DNA of 32,000 nt from Pyrobaculum calidifontis JCM 11548 (GTDB lineage Archaea > Thermoproteota > Thermoprotei > Thermoproteales > Thermoproteaceae): the NCBI RefSeq assembly GCF_000015805.1, contig NC_009073.1, positions 1,830,001-1,862,000 on the forward strand, written 5' to 3'. The translations under genes and the position numbers were made by a program. Numbering within the stretch: the first letter of the stretch is position 1; each line of letters starts with the position of its first letter. Under the pieces are notes generated by a model. That model did no database searches, was not told the origin of the DNA, and was given only the letters and a program-made list of their open reading frames with translations. Positions 17,632 through 27,040 of this stretch are shown one piece after another.

Positions 17632-17969
17632 AGCTGGTGGTAGACACCTCCGCCCTCATATTCATAGTGGAGAAGAAGATAGACACGACACAGCTCCTAG
17701 AGCACGAGGTGTACATCCCAGACGCCGTGTGGGAGGAGTTACGCAAATTGGCGCAGAGGAGCCGGAAGGCCAGGGCGGCGCTCCAAGTCGCAGCCGCGCT
17801 CCACCCCCACCCCTGCCCCAAGGCGGGCCCCGCCGACGCGGCAGTCCTCGACTGCGCACGCGAGCTGGGGGCCGTGTTGCTCACAGGCGACAGAGAGCTG
17901 GCGGACAGGGCGAGAAGGGCTGGGGTGCCAGTTGCGCGGTTCCACAAGGGGCAACTGGCCGTGGCGTAA
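17628..17969 (+). CDS. PIN-domain nuclease, Fcf1/Utp24-like (archaeal COG1412 type)
   Basis: KLVVDTSAL (first Asp), IPDAVWEEL (Glu), ADAAVLD and LLTGDRELA (Asp) are spaced as in Fcf1-like PIN domains. The GTG start overlaps the ATPase stop (GTGA). It sits directly upstream of rpo7-spt4, the usual archaeal position for this family. Confidence 0.8.
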   Translation: MKLVVDTSALIFIVEKKIDTTQLLEHEVYIPDAVWEELRKLAQRSRKARAALQVAAALHPHPCPKAGPADAAVLDCARELGAVLLTGDRELADRARRAGVPVARFHKGQLAVA

Positions 17970-17999
17970 GAAGCCCGTGTAATAAATATAAACTGGTGG

Positions 18000-18596
18000 T
18001 TGAATCACGACGTGCCTTTCAAATTAGTCGAGGCAGAGGACTATGTACGCATACCTCCGAGCGAGTTTGGCAAGCCGCTTGAGGACATTGCCCTCGCCCA
18101 GCTGAAGGCCCGGTACGAAAACAGGGTTGTGCGCGAGGTGGGGTACGTCGTCGCTGTCCTCTCGGTTAAGGTCAAAAGAGAGGGCAAGATAATATTCGGC
18201 GACGGGGGGACTTACCACAAGGCCAGGTTTACCCTACTGGCCTTTGTGCCGCTGGACGGCGAAGTGGTGGAGGGAGTTGTGGAGAATGTGAGGGAGGTGG
18301 GCATGTTGGTCCGCATAGGGCCCATCGTCGGGTTTATAAACAAGATCCACGTCATGGATGAGCCGAATATTTTCTTTGACGCGAGCACCAAGAGCTACAT
18401 AGGCGAGCGCACTAGGCGGAGGGTGTCTGTAGGCGACATAGTGAGGGCGCGCATCACGGGGGTGAGCTTTACAACGCCGCGCGAGGGGACAGACCTCCTC
18501 CTCCGCGTCACAATGACCATGAGGATGCCCGGGCTTGGGAAACTAGAGTGGATTAAGGAGAGAGAGAAGAAGGCGGCCCCGGCCAAGAAGGCATGA
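18000..18596 (+). CDS. rpoE: RNA polymerase subunit Rpo7 (RpoE')
   Basis: PFKLVEAEDYVRIPPSEFGKPL is the Rpo7 N-terminus, with an S1-like C-terminal half. The probable real start is GTG 18012, about 25 nt downstream of AATAAATATAAA (17981-17992). Confidence 0.9.
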   Translation: MNHDVPFKLVEAEDYVRIPPSEFGKPLEDIALAQLKARYENRVVREVGYVVAVLSVKVKREGKIIFGDGGTYHKARFTLLAFVPLDGEVVEGVVENVREVGMLVRIGPIVGFINKIHVMDEPNIFFDASTKSYIGERTRRRVSVGDIVRARITGVSFTTPREGTDLLLRVTMTMRMPGLGKLEWIKEREKKAAPAKKA

Positions 18597-18814
18597 GCGC
18601 GCGGAAGAAGACACTCTCGGGGTACAAGGCCTGTAGACACTGTAAGTACGTCGTGCCTGAGGACGCTAAACAATGTCCCAACTGCGGCTCGGAGGAGTTT
18701 ACCTACAAGTGGAGGGGGATGATCGCCGTGTTAGACCCCGCCAAGTCGTGTATCGCCAAGCGGCTCGGCATAGACAAGCCGGGCGTCTACGCGCTTGAGC
18801 TCGTCGAGGAGTAG
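18593..18814 (+). CDS. spt4: Transcription elongation factor Spt4 (RpoE'')
   Basis: Zinc ribbon CRHC...CPNC followed by WRGMIAVLDP. ATGA overlap with the rpo7 stop. Confidence 0.85.
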   Translation: MSARKKTLSGYKACRHCKYVVPEDAKQCPNCGSEEFTYKWRGMIAVLDPAKSCIAKRLGIDKPGVYALELVEE

Positions 18815-19176
18815 CACTTCAAGACTCGCCCGACCACCGCGAACAGCGCCCTCCTATATGCCTCCAGCTCTCCCAGCAAAGCGTCGTACTCCACAGGCGC
18901 CGCATGGAACTCCTCGCCTAGCACCTCCGCGGCCACGGCCCTCAAGGCGCCCCGGGTAAGCTTGTCGTAGAGCTCGAGCAGGCGCCGCAGGCGCGACTCA
19001 AAGACGTAGTAGTCGTTGGCCAAGGCCGCCGCTTCGCTCTCGGCGAGGCACGCGCCGCACTCGTAGCGGCGGATCAGCACCTCAATGGCCTCTGCCACCC
19101 TCGCCCCCACCGCCTTCCTAAACGACTTGCTTTGGAGCTTCTCCTTGAGGATGGAGATGGCCTCTTCCTCGTCCAC
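18787..19176 (-). CDS. Hypothetical 129-aa helical protein
   Basis: GTG start at 19176, about 22 nt from the shared A/T box at 19190-19203. The 3' end overlaps spt4 by 28 nt. No motif recognised. Confidence 0.5.
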   Translation of the reverse strand: MDEEEAISILKEKLQSKSFRKAVGARVAEAIEVLIRRYECGACLAESEAAALANDYYVFESRLRRLLELYDKLTRGALRAVAAEVLGEEFHAAPVEYDALLGELEAYRRALFAVVGRVLKCYSSTSSSA

Positions 19177-19189
19177 GGGGGCTATAATT

Positions 19190-19203
19190 AAGCTTTTTAT
19201 ATA
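19190..19203. promoter_or_regulatory. Single shared A/T (TATA-like) box between the divergent 129-aa gene and alaS
   Basis: The T/A core of AAGCTTTTTATATA (19194-19203) is centred about 22 nt from GTG 19176 (minus strand) and about 23 nt from ATG 19221 (plus strand). Confidence 0.5.
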
Positions 19204-19205
19204 CC

Positions 19206-21896
19206 ATGCAAAAGACCCAGATGCTTTCTGCCGAGATATTCAGGAGGAGGGGCCACATTAGGAAGCAGTGCCCCCTCTGCAAGTCGCACTTCTGGACTCT
19301 CCGCCCAGACCAGGAGGTGTGCGGCGACCAGCCCTGTACCCCGTACGGCTTCATTGGCAACCCTCCGACGAAGGTTGCTGTCGAGTCTTTGAGAGATGTG
19401 AGAGAGAGGTTTTTGAGCTTCTTCGAGCGCCACGGCCACGCCCGCATTAAGCGGTACCCAGTGGTGGCCCGGTGGCGGGACGACGTGTACCTAGTGGGGG
19501 CGTCTATCTACGACTTCCAGCCCTGGGTCACGAGCGGCGCGGTCCCCCCTCCCGCTAACCCCCTCACTATCTCCCAGCCCTCTATTAGGCTGACAGACGT
19601 GGATAAGGTGGGTAGGAGCGGAAGGCATTTGACGGGGTTTGAGATGATGGCACACCACGCGTTCAATTATCCGGACAAGTACGTTTATTGGATTGACGAG
19701 ACTACGGAGTACGCCTACAGGTTTTTCACAGAGGAGCTGGGAATTCCGCCCGAAGAGATCACCTTTAAGGAGTCCATGTGGGAGGGAGGCGGCAACGCTG
19801 GGGAGTGCTTCGAGGTGCTGGTGAGGGGGCTTGAGGCGGCCACCCTCGTGTTTATGCACTACGAGGTTAAGGACGGCAAGTACGTGGAGCTCCCGCTCAA
19901 GATCGTGGACACGGGGTACGGCCTGGAGCGGATATACTGGCTCATAAAGGGGACGCCCACAATCTACGACGCAGTGTTCGGCCCCTATTTGGCCAAGGTT
20001 AGGGAGAGGCTGGGGGTGCCAGAGCCGCCGCGGGACGTGATGGCCAAGGCCTCTATATACTTTGGGCAAATGGACCCCGAGGTCATCAGCCTCGACAAGG
20101 CGTACGACATAATTGCCGAGAAGATCGGCGTGGACGGGAAGTGGCTGAGAGAGGTGGTGAAGCCTCAGGAGGCCCTCTACGTCTTGGCAGACCACTCTAG
20201 GACTGTGGCTTGGATGATCGCCGACGGCGTCATACCCTCCAACAGCGGCGCGGGGTACTTGGCCAGGCTCTTGATAAGGAGGGCGCTTAGGGGGCTTATG
20301 TTAGCCGGCGTAGACGCGCCACTCGTTGAGCTGTTCGACCTACACTTGAAGGAGCTGAGGTACGACTACCCCGAGGTGTGGGAGGCGAGGTCCCTCATTC
20401 TCGAGCTGGTGGATATGGAGGAGAAGAAGTACAGAGAGGTGTTGAAGTCGGCGCCTGCCGTGGTGAAGAGGGCGTTGGAGGAGAACAGGAGGCGGGGGAA
20501 GGCGGGGTTAGACAAAGAGGACCTCGTCACGCTTTACGACAGCTACGGGTTGCCCCCAGAGGTGGTGGCCGAGGCGGCGAAGTCCATGGGCATAGAGGTC
20601 AAGGTGCCAGACGACTTCTACTCCCTGCTGGCCTCGCGCCACGTGCGGAGGGAGAAGGGGCGCGAGGCGACGCTGGTAGAGATGGCAAAGGTGGCCGACT
20701 TGCCGCGGACTAGGGAGCTGTTCTACGAAGACGCGTACATGAGGACGTTTAAGGCCAAGGTTCTCCGCGTAATAGATGGGAAATACGTGGTCTTAGACCA
20801 GACGGCGTTTTATGCGGAGGGCGGCGGCCAGCCGGCTGACACTGGAGTACTGCGGCACAGCGGCGGCGTGGCCAAGGTGGTGGACGTGCAGAGGGTGGGC
20901 CACGTAATAGTCCACGTCGTGGAAGGCGACGTCCCCCAGGAGGGGTCCGAGGTGGTTGGGGAGGTGGATTGGGAGAGGAGATACGCGTTGATGAAGATGC
21001 ACACTGGGACCCACGTCCTCATCCAGAGCATTCGCAGAGTGCTTGGCCCACATATTTGGCAGGCGGGGGCGCAGAAGGACATACCCTTCAGCCGCATCGA
21101 CGTGACGCACTACAAGTTGCCCACGCCTGAGGAGGTGGCAAAGATAGAGAGGCTCGCCAACGACGTCGTGCAGCGCGACCTCCCAGTGTACGTCAAAGTC
21201 ATGCCCCGCAACGAGGCTGAGGCAAAGTACGGCTTCATCCTCTACCAAGGCGGCGTGGTGCCCGCCAGAGAGATCAGGGTGGTGCAGATAGGCCCCGACG
21301 ACGAGCCCTACGACGTCCAGGCCTGCGGGGGGACCCACCTCAGGCGCACTGGGGAGATAGGCCTCATAAAAGTGCACAAGGTAGAGCGCATCGCAGATGG
21401 AGTAGTGCGTTTCATCTTCACCACGGGGCCCCACGCAGTTGCCTATGTGCAAGAGCTAGAGCGCCAGGCCGCAGAGGCCGCCGCCCTTGGAGGCGGTAGC
21501 AAAGAGGAGCTGGTGGAGGTGGTGAAGAGGCTCTTGAAGAGGGCGGAGGAGGCTGAGAAGAAGGCGAGGCACTACGCAGAGCTCTACGCCGCGGCCCTTG
21601 CCGAGAATCTCAAGGCCGAGGCAGTGGGCCAGCGGAGGCTTGCCGTGGTCGAGCTTGACGACGAGGAGCTCGCCAAGAGGGTTGCCCTCTTGGCCACCAA
21701 GAGGGACCCCGACCTAGTCCTAGTGGTTAAGGCTGGCGAGCGGGTGACTATCTACACAGGTGGCGTCGACGTGGGGCCAATAGTCAAGGCGCTTAGAGAG
21801 ATAGGGTTTAGAGGAGGCGGCTCCAAGACCTTTGCCCAAGGCGTCTACGCCGGCGATGTGGAAAAGTTAAAAGAGGCCATTAGGAGGGCCCTATGA
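19206..21896 (+). CDS. alaS: Alanine--tRNA ligase
   Basis: About 896 aa. Archaeal N-terminal [10 protein letters not shown]...CGDQPC. Editing-domain motifs HTGTH and CGGTH. The real start is probably the in-frame ATG 19221, because ATG 19206 lies only a few nt from the TATA-like box. Confidence 0.97.
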   Translation: MQKTQMLSAEIFRRRGHIRKQCPLCKSHFWTLRPDQEVCGDQPCTPYGFIGNPPTKVAVESLRDVRERFLSFFERHGHARIKRYPVVARWRDDVYLVGASIYDFQPWVTSGAVPPPANPLTISQPSIRLTDVDKVGRSGRHLTGFEMMAHHAFNYPDKYVYWIDETTEYAYRFFTEELGIPPEEITFKESMWEGGGNAGECFEVLVRGLEAATLVFMHYEVKDGKYVELPLKIVDTGYGLERIYWLIKGTPTIYDAVFGPYLAKVRERLGVPEPPRDVMAKASIYFGQMDPEVISLDKAYDIIAEKIGVDGKWLREVVKPQEALYVLADHSRTVAWMIADGVIPSNSGAGYLARLLIRRALRGLMLAGVDAPLVELFDLHLKELRYDYPEVWEARSLILELVDMEEKKYREVLKSAPAVVKRALEENRRRGKAGLDKEDLVTLYDSYGLPPEVVAEAAKSMGIEVKVPDDFYSLLASRHVRREKGREATLVEMAKVADLPRTRELFYEDAYMRTFKAKVLRVIDGKYVVLDQTAFYAEGGGQPADTGVLRHSGGVAKVVDVQRVGHVIVHVVEGDVPQEGSEVVGEVDWERRYALMKMHTGTHVLIQSIRRVLGPHIWQAGAQKDIPFSRIDVTHYKLPTPEEVAKIERLANDVVQRDLPVYVKVMPRNEAEAKYGFILYQGGVVPAREIRVVQIGPDDEPYDVQACGGTHLRRTGEIGLIKVHKVERIADGVVRFIFTTGPHAVAYVQELERQAAEAAALGGGSKEELVEVVKRLLKRAEEAEKKARHYAELYAAALAENLKAEAVGQRRLAVVELDDEELAKRVALLATKRDPDLVLVVKAGERVTIYTGGVDVGPIVKALREIGFRGGGSKTFAQGVYAGDVEKLKEAIRRAL

Positions 21897-22261
21897 TACC
21901 CACAAGCCCCCGGGAGCTTGAGAAAATCTTAAAGCGCATGGGCATAAAGGTGGAGGAGGTGGATGTAGCGTACGTCGAGCTGAAGTTGAAGAACGGGGAG
22001 ACCATTAGGATAAACAGCCCCACCGTGGCCCTAATGCGGATGCCCAACAAGGTCTTGGTCTATCAAATCCAGGCGGCAGAGGGCTCTGTGCAGAAGGTGG
22101 CCCCCGCGGCCGCCCCCGCCACGTCTGAGTATCAGCCAAGCGAGGAGGACATAGCGCTGTTGATTGAGCAGACCGGCGCAAGCAGAGAGGAGGCCATAAA
22201 GGCGCTTGTGGAGGCCAAGGGCGACTTAGTACAGGCTGCCATGAAGCTGTTAAAGAAGTAA
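21893..22261 (+). CDS. nac: Nascent polypeptide-associated complex protein (NAC domain plus UBA)
   Basis: NAC-like N-terminal half and a C-terminal UBA-like [40 protein letters not shown] overlap with the alaS stop. Confidence 0.85.
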   Translation: MIPTSPRELEKILKRMGIKVEEVDVAYVELKLKNGETIRINSPTVALMRMPNKVLVYQIQAAEGSVQKVAPAAAPATSEYQPSEEDIALLIEQTGASREEAIKALVEAKGDLVQAAMKLLKK

Positions 22262-22289
22262 ATTTATAATATCCCCCCTTCAATCTGCC

Positions 22290-22826
22290 ATGCCAGCTAG
22301 GCCGGCGCGTTGTTACAGGAGGATTAAGGGGCCGCCGTATACGAGGGAGGAGTACATACACGGCGCGCCGATGATCCAAATACCAAAGTTCGACATGGGC
22401 ACCACAAGCGCCGCGGCGCGGGCCGCCTTCACCATGGTCGCGAAGTTGGTAGCAGAGGAGCGCGGCCAGATTAGGATGCAGGCCCTAGAGGCGGCCCGCC
22501 AAATATCCTCAAAGTACCTCACTAAGTACGTAGGCGACGCCAACTACTACCTCAGGCTAAACGTGGTCCCCCACCACGTCTTGAGAGAAAACAGGATGTT
22601 GGCCATGGCGGGCGCAGACCGTCTCCAGGAGGGCATGAGGCTGGCCTTTGGCTCGCCGGCGGGGAGAGCAGCGCGTGTGGAGCCCGGGCAGGTTATATTC
22701 TACGTAGAATTCAAGCCGGAACACTTGGCGCACGTGAAGGAGGCCCTACGCCGCGCGGCGTCGAAGCTACCAATACCTACGCGCATCGTCGTCGAGCCGA
22801 AGGGAGATGGTAAGACAGCTTCATAG
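22290..22826 (+). CDS. rpl10e: 50S ribosomal protein L10e (uL16)
   Basis: N-terminal ARPARCYRRIKGPPYTREEYIHGAP. The box ATTTATAATA (22262-22271) lies about 24 nt upstream of the ATG. Confidence 0.92.
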   Translation: MPARPARCYRRIKGPPYTREEYIHGAPMIQIPKFDMGTTSAAARAAFTMVAKLVAEERGQIRMQALEAARQISSKYLTKYVGDANYYLRLNVVPHHVLRENRMLAMAGADRLQEGMRLAFGSPAGRAARVEPGQVIFYVEFKPEHLAHVKEALRRAASKLPIPTRIVVEPKGDGKTAS

Positions 22827-23541
22827 GGCAAGGATAGAGGCCGCGCTACTCCTCCTAGAGAAGGTCCTCTCTGGCGCTGTGACATCTCGCTCGGCCCTAG
22901 TCGCAGAGCTACAGTCGGTGTACAGAGAGAGGGGGATAGAGCCCTTTAGAGGCCTCTCCAAGGAGGGGGTATACGACAAGGAGGTGGCCACCGTGTACGT
23001 GGTGGGTGTCTACGGCGCCGGGGTCATGTCCCCCGGCGAATACGACGACGTGTTCTACATAGAGAACAGGTCAGAGGCCGCGCTCGACGTGGTGAGAAAA
23101 ATCACAGAGGTAGTGACCAAGGAGACGCAGGAGGAGCTCAAGAGGAAGACCGAGGAAGTGAAGGGAAAGTCTGAAGAGGACAAGGTATTTAGAGTACTCC
23201 GCCTAGCCTTCACAGGCACGGTAATGGGCTACTTCCCCGAGGTACTGCTAGTCAAAGCCATAAAGACCTACGAAGTGGCCTACCCCCACCTCTCAGAACG
23301 CTTGCTCAACTACGCCGCCTTCTACAGCGCGTATAAGATAGCAGAAGAGATAGCCCTGGGGAAGATAAGGACTGCTGAGGACTTGAAAATCCACAAATAC
23401 ACCTACTGCCTACGCCTAGGCTTCCAGAAATGCAAACCCTCAGACAAGCTAATCGCCGAAGTCGCCTCAGCCATATACAAGGTAGACAAGGCCACCCTCT
23501 CGAGGCTATTCGCAAAGGGAGTACTTCCAAAACTGGGATAG
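22807..23541 (+). CDS. Hypothetical 244-aa protein, co-oriented with and overlapping rpl10e
   Basis: The ATG at 22807 overlaps the rpl10e 3' end by 20 nt. Long ORF. No motif recognised. Confidence 0.6.
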   Translation: MVRQLHRARIEAALLLLEKVLSGAVTSRSALVAELQSVYRERGIEPFRGLSKEGVYDKEVATVYVVGVYGAGVMSPGEYDDVFYIENRSEAALDVVRKITEVVTKETQEELKRKTEEVKGKSEEDKVFRVLRLAFTGTVMGYFPEVLLVKAIKTYEVAYPHLSERLLNYAAFYSAYKIAEEIALGKIRTAEDLKIHKYTYCLRLGFQKCKPSDKLIAEVASAIYKVDKATLSRLFAKGVLPKLG

Positions 23542-23654
23542 TTTTCCAGACCCTTCGTTGCCCCGTCCCTGGAAGACTCTCCACATATACTCTAGACCTG
23601 TTGTATTGATTAATGCCGCCTTTGCCAATCTGAAGTCCTTCCTGTCGCCCACTT

Positions 23655-24251
23655 CTAGCTTTTCATACACCTCGATACAAACTTCACCACAGCCTCTGCC
23701 ACTTGTTTCACATGCATCTCCTCCTGGGGGGTGTGCCCCATCCCCTCCACTTCGACGATCTCCAGCGGGAAGTTGAAGCGGTCAGAGAGCCCGGCCAGTA
23801 TGTCCACATGTGTCCTTGGCACCACGTCGTCGTTTGACCCCCTTATGTAGAGCACGGGGGGCATTCCGTTGCCGATGTACCTAGAGGGGGAGGTGAGCTC
23901 TAGCTTGTTGCCGAGGGCCATGAGCTCGTTTGCAAGACGTCTGAGGTAGGGGTTGTTCGACTGAGATATGTACTGTAGCTGTAGCCTCCTGTCCACCGGC
24001 GCGGCGACTGCGACGACGCATTTCACAAGCCCGGGGTTCTTAGCCGCCAGGAGGAGGGCCACCGTGCCCCCCATGCTGTGCCCAGCCGCGACGACCACCG
24101 GCAACTCCCTAACTCCCGCCTCGTAGCCGTCCTCCACTTCCCTAATCTGCGGCGCCACGACCTCTAGGCCTAAGCCGCGGAGAGGCTCGGCGAGCCACTG
24201 GACGTTGGCAGGCGAGCTCCTAAACCCGTGGAACACCAAAGCCTTACCCAT
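23655..24251 (-). CDS. Alpha/beta-fold hydrolase (esterase/lipase-like)
   Basis: Nucleophile elbow GHSMGG, N-terminal LVFHGF oxyanion region, and C-terminal GMGH (catalytic His). I set the start at ATG 24251, not 24584, because CTTTTAAAAATGG lies about 25 nt upstream and the longer ORF overlaps the divergent gene. Confidence 0.75.
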   Translation of the reverse strand: MGKALVFHGFRSSPANVQWLAEPLRGLGLEVVAPQIREVEDGYEAGVRELPVVVAAGHSMGGTVALLLAAKNPGLVKCVVAVAAPVDRRLQLQYISQSNNPYLRRLANELMALGNKLELTSPSRYIGNGMPPVLYIRGSNDDVVPRTHVDILAGLSDRFNFPLEIVEVEGMGHTPQEEMHVKQVAEAVVKFVSRCMKS

Positions 24252-24375
24252 GTGGAGCACTATTATGCCATTTTTAAAAGATTTAGAACTAAGCGCCCCT
24301 AGCCTCGCCGGCGTACGGTACGCGGCCTTTGCGCCCAACGGGGCCAAATATATAAAGTAGAGTGTAAGAGGGAAC

Positions 24376-25200
24376 ATGCGTCTCGAAGTTAAGATCAGCG
24401 GCTTGCCGCGGGATAAGAGGAACATCTTGGTTTTGGCGTGTCCTGAGCCGTCGCTTGCTGGGGTAGTGGCGGTGGAGTACCTCATTGACCAGCTCCAGAT
24501 GGAGGAGATAGGCGCCATCAAGATCACGGAGATGCCGCCGGTCATCGCCGTGGTAAACGGCGCGGCGAAGTTGCCACACCGCATATTCTACTCTAGGCAG
24601 GCGGGCATCGTGGCCATTAGGCAACACGTCCCAATACCGCCGCAGCTGTACGCCGAGTTTATCCACAAGGTGTTAGACTGGGCCGAGGAGAACAAGGTAA
24701 AGCTCGTGGCGTGTCTCTCCGCCATGCCCGCCCTGGGCGAGAAGGAGAGCGACGCGGTGTACTTTGTCACAGAGGAGGGACTCGTGGAAAAGTTCAAGGA
24801 GTACGGCTTTGTCCCCATACGAGAGGCCACTGTGACTGGGCTAGAGGGGGCCTACCTAGACGCCGTCCTAGGCCGGAGCATAGACGGCGTACTCCTCATC
24901 GCAGAGTCCAAGCTCTTAACCGCCGTGAAGAGGCTCGTCGACAGCGGGAAAGTGGCCACCCACAGAGACGTAATAGCCATCTTAAACGACTTAGTAGGCC
25001 GGACGGGCCCCGACGTGGGAGCCGCACTCAAGCTGGTAAACGCCGTGGCAAAGCTGGCCGAGACACAGATAGACACCTCAAAACTACAAGAACACGCCTC
25101 AAAATACGCATTCCTAGTTGAGAAAAACATAGAGGCCCTCTTCAAGCCCATGGAAGCCGTGGCAACAACGGCAAGGCGAGAAGTGCCTCTAGTGTTTTAA
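24376..25200 (+). CDS. PAC2-family (proteasome-assembly-chaperone-like) protein
   Basis: The N-terminal pattern NILVLACPEPSLAGVVAVEYLIDQL...IGAI....PPV resembles PAC2-family proteins. The box AAATATATAAAG lies about 26 nt upstream of the ATG. Confidence 0.5.
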   Translation: MRLEVKISGLPRDKRNILVLACPEPSLAGVVAVEYLIDQLQMEEIGAIKITEMPPVIAVVNGAAKLPHRIFYSRQAGIVAIRQHVPIPPQLYAEFIHKVLDWAEENKVKLVACLSAMPALGEKESDAVYFVTEEGLVEKFKEYGFVPIREATVTGLEGAYLDAVLGRSIDGVLLIAESKLLTAVKRLVDSGKVATHRDVIAILNDLVGRTGPDVGAALKLVNAVAKLAETQIDTSKLQEHASKYAFLVEKNIEALFKPMEAVATTARREVPLVF

Positions 25201-25320
25201 AGTCGATTTTTACAAACATCCTCCACTGGCACCACCTCCACAGTTGGCTGTAGAGATTGAGTTCCCCGTAAAACGTCGCAATGACACAAACACTCAAATA
25301 TTAACGAAGAGAGACACAAC

Positions 25321-26463
25321 ATGGTAAAGAGCTTATTAACTACATACGCCATTACCGGGGTCCTCCTCTTAACCTCAGTCTGGGTCGCCGCTGTCGATTT
25401 GTCGGGGCTGGTGGACGACGTCATTAACGCTACATCGCCACTTGAGAGGTTCCAGCCCAACTATGTCTTCTATGTCAACGGCTGTAAAGTGCTCGTGTTC
25501 ATCACAGACTTCGACGAGAAAAACTCGCCGCTGACGGCGGGGAACATCACCGATTTACACATCTTAAGCAACAAGTCCTCAACCCCCCTCAACTCTACCC
25601 AAGCCGAGCGGCTGTTAGACGCCTTACTCAAGCGCCTGGGCCCGCCTAGTAAGGTCACCGTCGCCATGGCCCACCGACGAGTGGTCGTCGAAGACAATAG
25701 TTCAATTCCTGTTACTTTAGAGTGGCGCGACTTACTACACATCGCCGCCTCCACGGCTAGGGGGCTTAGGGAGGAGGCGGAGAGGGCCCTTGGCGAGGAG
25801 GTGCTTCTTGGGCTTAAAGACGTGCGGGAGGCTATACGCGCGGGGAGACAAGAGGTAGCTTATTTGGCGGACGTTGTCTGGCAAAACAAGGACGTAAGAG
25901 TCGTAATTACTCTAGACCTCTACCACACCTCACTTGACGTCGCAACGGCAGACCTCGCAAAGGCCGTGGAGCTCCTCAGAGGCGTTAGGGAGGAGGTGGG
26001 CCCCATCTACGACTTGGTGCGGGTTACTCTAAAATACGGCCCCTACCTCTTGCCGCGCGACGAGAAGTTTAGAGCGGCCCTGATAAACGCAACGCAGACC
26101 ATTGAGAAAGAGCTAGGCACTGTGCGGGAGGTTCGGGACGTGTGCGGCCACCTTTTGGGCATAGAGGGCACTATGCACACATTTGCCCCACTGGCGACTG
26201 GCCCCCTCTACGTGGTCTTCCCGTTTCCCGGCGGCACTGTGCCGGATAGGGCCACTGCTGAGAGGCTGGTCCGCCGCTTTGTGGAACTGTCAGGTTTCTG
26301 CGAAAGCCCGCTGGTGGTGGAGTTTTGGCCAAAGACAGGGATAGATTTCCTCGTTCCAGAGTGTATACCGCGTACTTTGCTCTTCGCCATAGTCGCTGCC
26401 GTTGGGGCGGCCGTCGCAGTGGCCGTCGGCCTCCTTATGTTAAAGAGGCGGCTTGTGAGCTGA
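25321..26463 (+). CDS. Extracellular, membrane-anchored protein of unknown function
   Basis: N-terminal hydrophobic signal/anchor (ITGVLLLTSVWVAAV) and C-terminal TM (LLFAIVAAVGAAVAVAVGLLML). Several N-x-S/T sequons (NATS, NITD, NKSS, NSTQ, NSSI, NATQ). Confidence 0.6.
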   Translation: MVKSLLTTYAITGVLLLTSVWVAAVDLSGLVDDVINATSPLERFQPNYVFYVNGCKVLVFITDFDEKNSPLTAGNITDLHILSNKSSTPLNSTQAERLLDALLKRLGPPSKVTVAMAHRRVVVEDNSSIPVTLEWRDLLHIAASTARGLREEAERALGEEVLLGLKDVREAIRAGRQEVAYLADVVWQNKDVRVVITLDLYHTSLDVATADLAKAVELLRGVREEVGPIYDLVRVTLKYGPYLLPRDEKFRAALINATQTIEKELGTVREVRDVCGHLLGIEGTMHTFAPLATGPLYVVFPFPGGTVPDRATAERLVRRFVELSGFCESPLVVEFWPKTGIDFLVPECIPRTLLFAIVAAVGAAVAVAVGLLMLKRRLVS

Positions 26464-26503
26464 GGTTTTTGAAAATTTTTAAAGCGGTTGTTGTTGGGTT
26501 GCG

Positions 26504-27040
26504 ATGAAGTGGAAGGAGCTTGTTCTTGTTAAAGACCACCCAATGAAACGGGTGTACATAGAGAAGGTCGTGGTAAACATAGGGGTGGGCACCGGCGGCG
26601 AGAGACTTGAGAAGGCGGCTAATTTGCTGAGGGAGCTAACGGGGGCGGAGCCCTCGCTGAGGAGGGCCAAGCGCTCGATTAAGGACTTTGGCATTAGGAA
26701 GGGGGAGCCCATCGGCGTGGCAGTTACGCTGAGGAGAGACAAGGCCGTGGAGTTCCTCATGCGCGCCCTCCAGGCCGTGGGCAATAGGATAAAGCGCAGC
26801 AGCTTCGACGAGAGGGGCAACGTGTGTTTTGGCATAAAGGAGCACATAATGTTGCCGGGCGTGAAGTACGACCCGGCCGTGGGCATATGGGGCATGGACG
26901 TGTGCGTCCGCCTGGCGAAGCCGGGGCTGAGGGTGCAGCTTAGAAGGCGGAGGAGGAGCAAGGTTGGGAAGGGGCAACTGGTGACTAGGGAGGAGGCGGT
27001 GGAGTTTTTCCAAAAGGTGCTGGGGGTCCAGGTCGACTAG
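26504..27040 (+). CDS. rpl5: 50S ribosomal protein L5 (uL5)
   Basis: KRVYIEKVVVNIGVGTGGERLEKAANLL and ...FGIKEHIMLPGVKYDP are uL5 signatures. The box AAATTTTTAAAGC lies about 24 nt upstream. Confidence 0.92.
   Translation: MKWKELVLVKDHPMKRVYIEKVVVNIGVGTGGERLEKAANLLRELTGAEPSLRRAKRSIKDFGIRKGEPIGVAVTLRRDKAVEFLMRALQAVGNRIKRSSFDERGNVCFGIKEHIMLPGVKYDPAVGIWGMDVCVRLAKPGLRVQLRRRRRSKVGKGQLVTREEAVEFFQKVLGVQVD

Noticed and set aside
23542-23654. A convergent spacer with TGATTA ... CTGA, examined for a C/D sRNA.
   Set aside because: The box-to-box spacing is 17 nt. The C-like box lacks the second GA, and no partner boxes are present.
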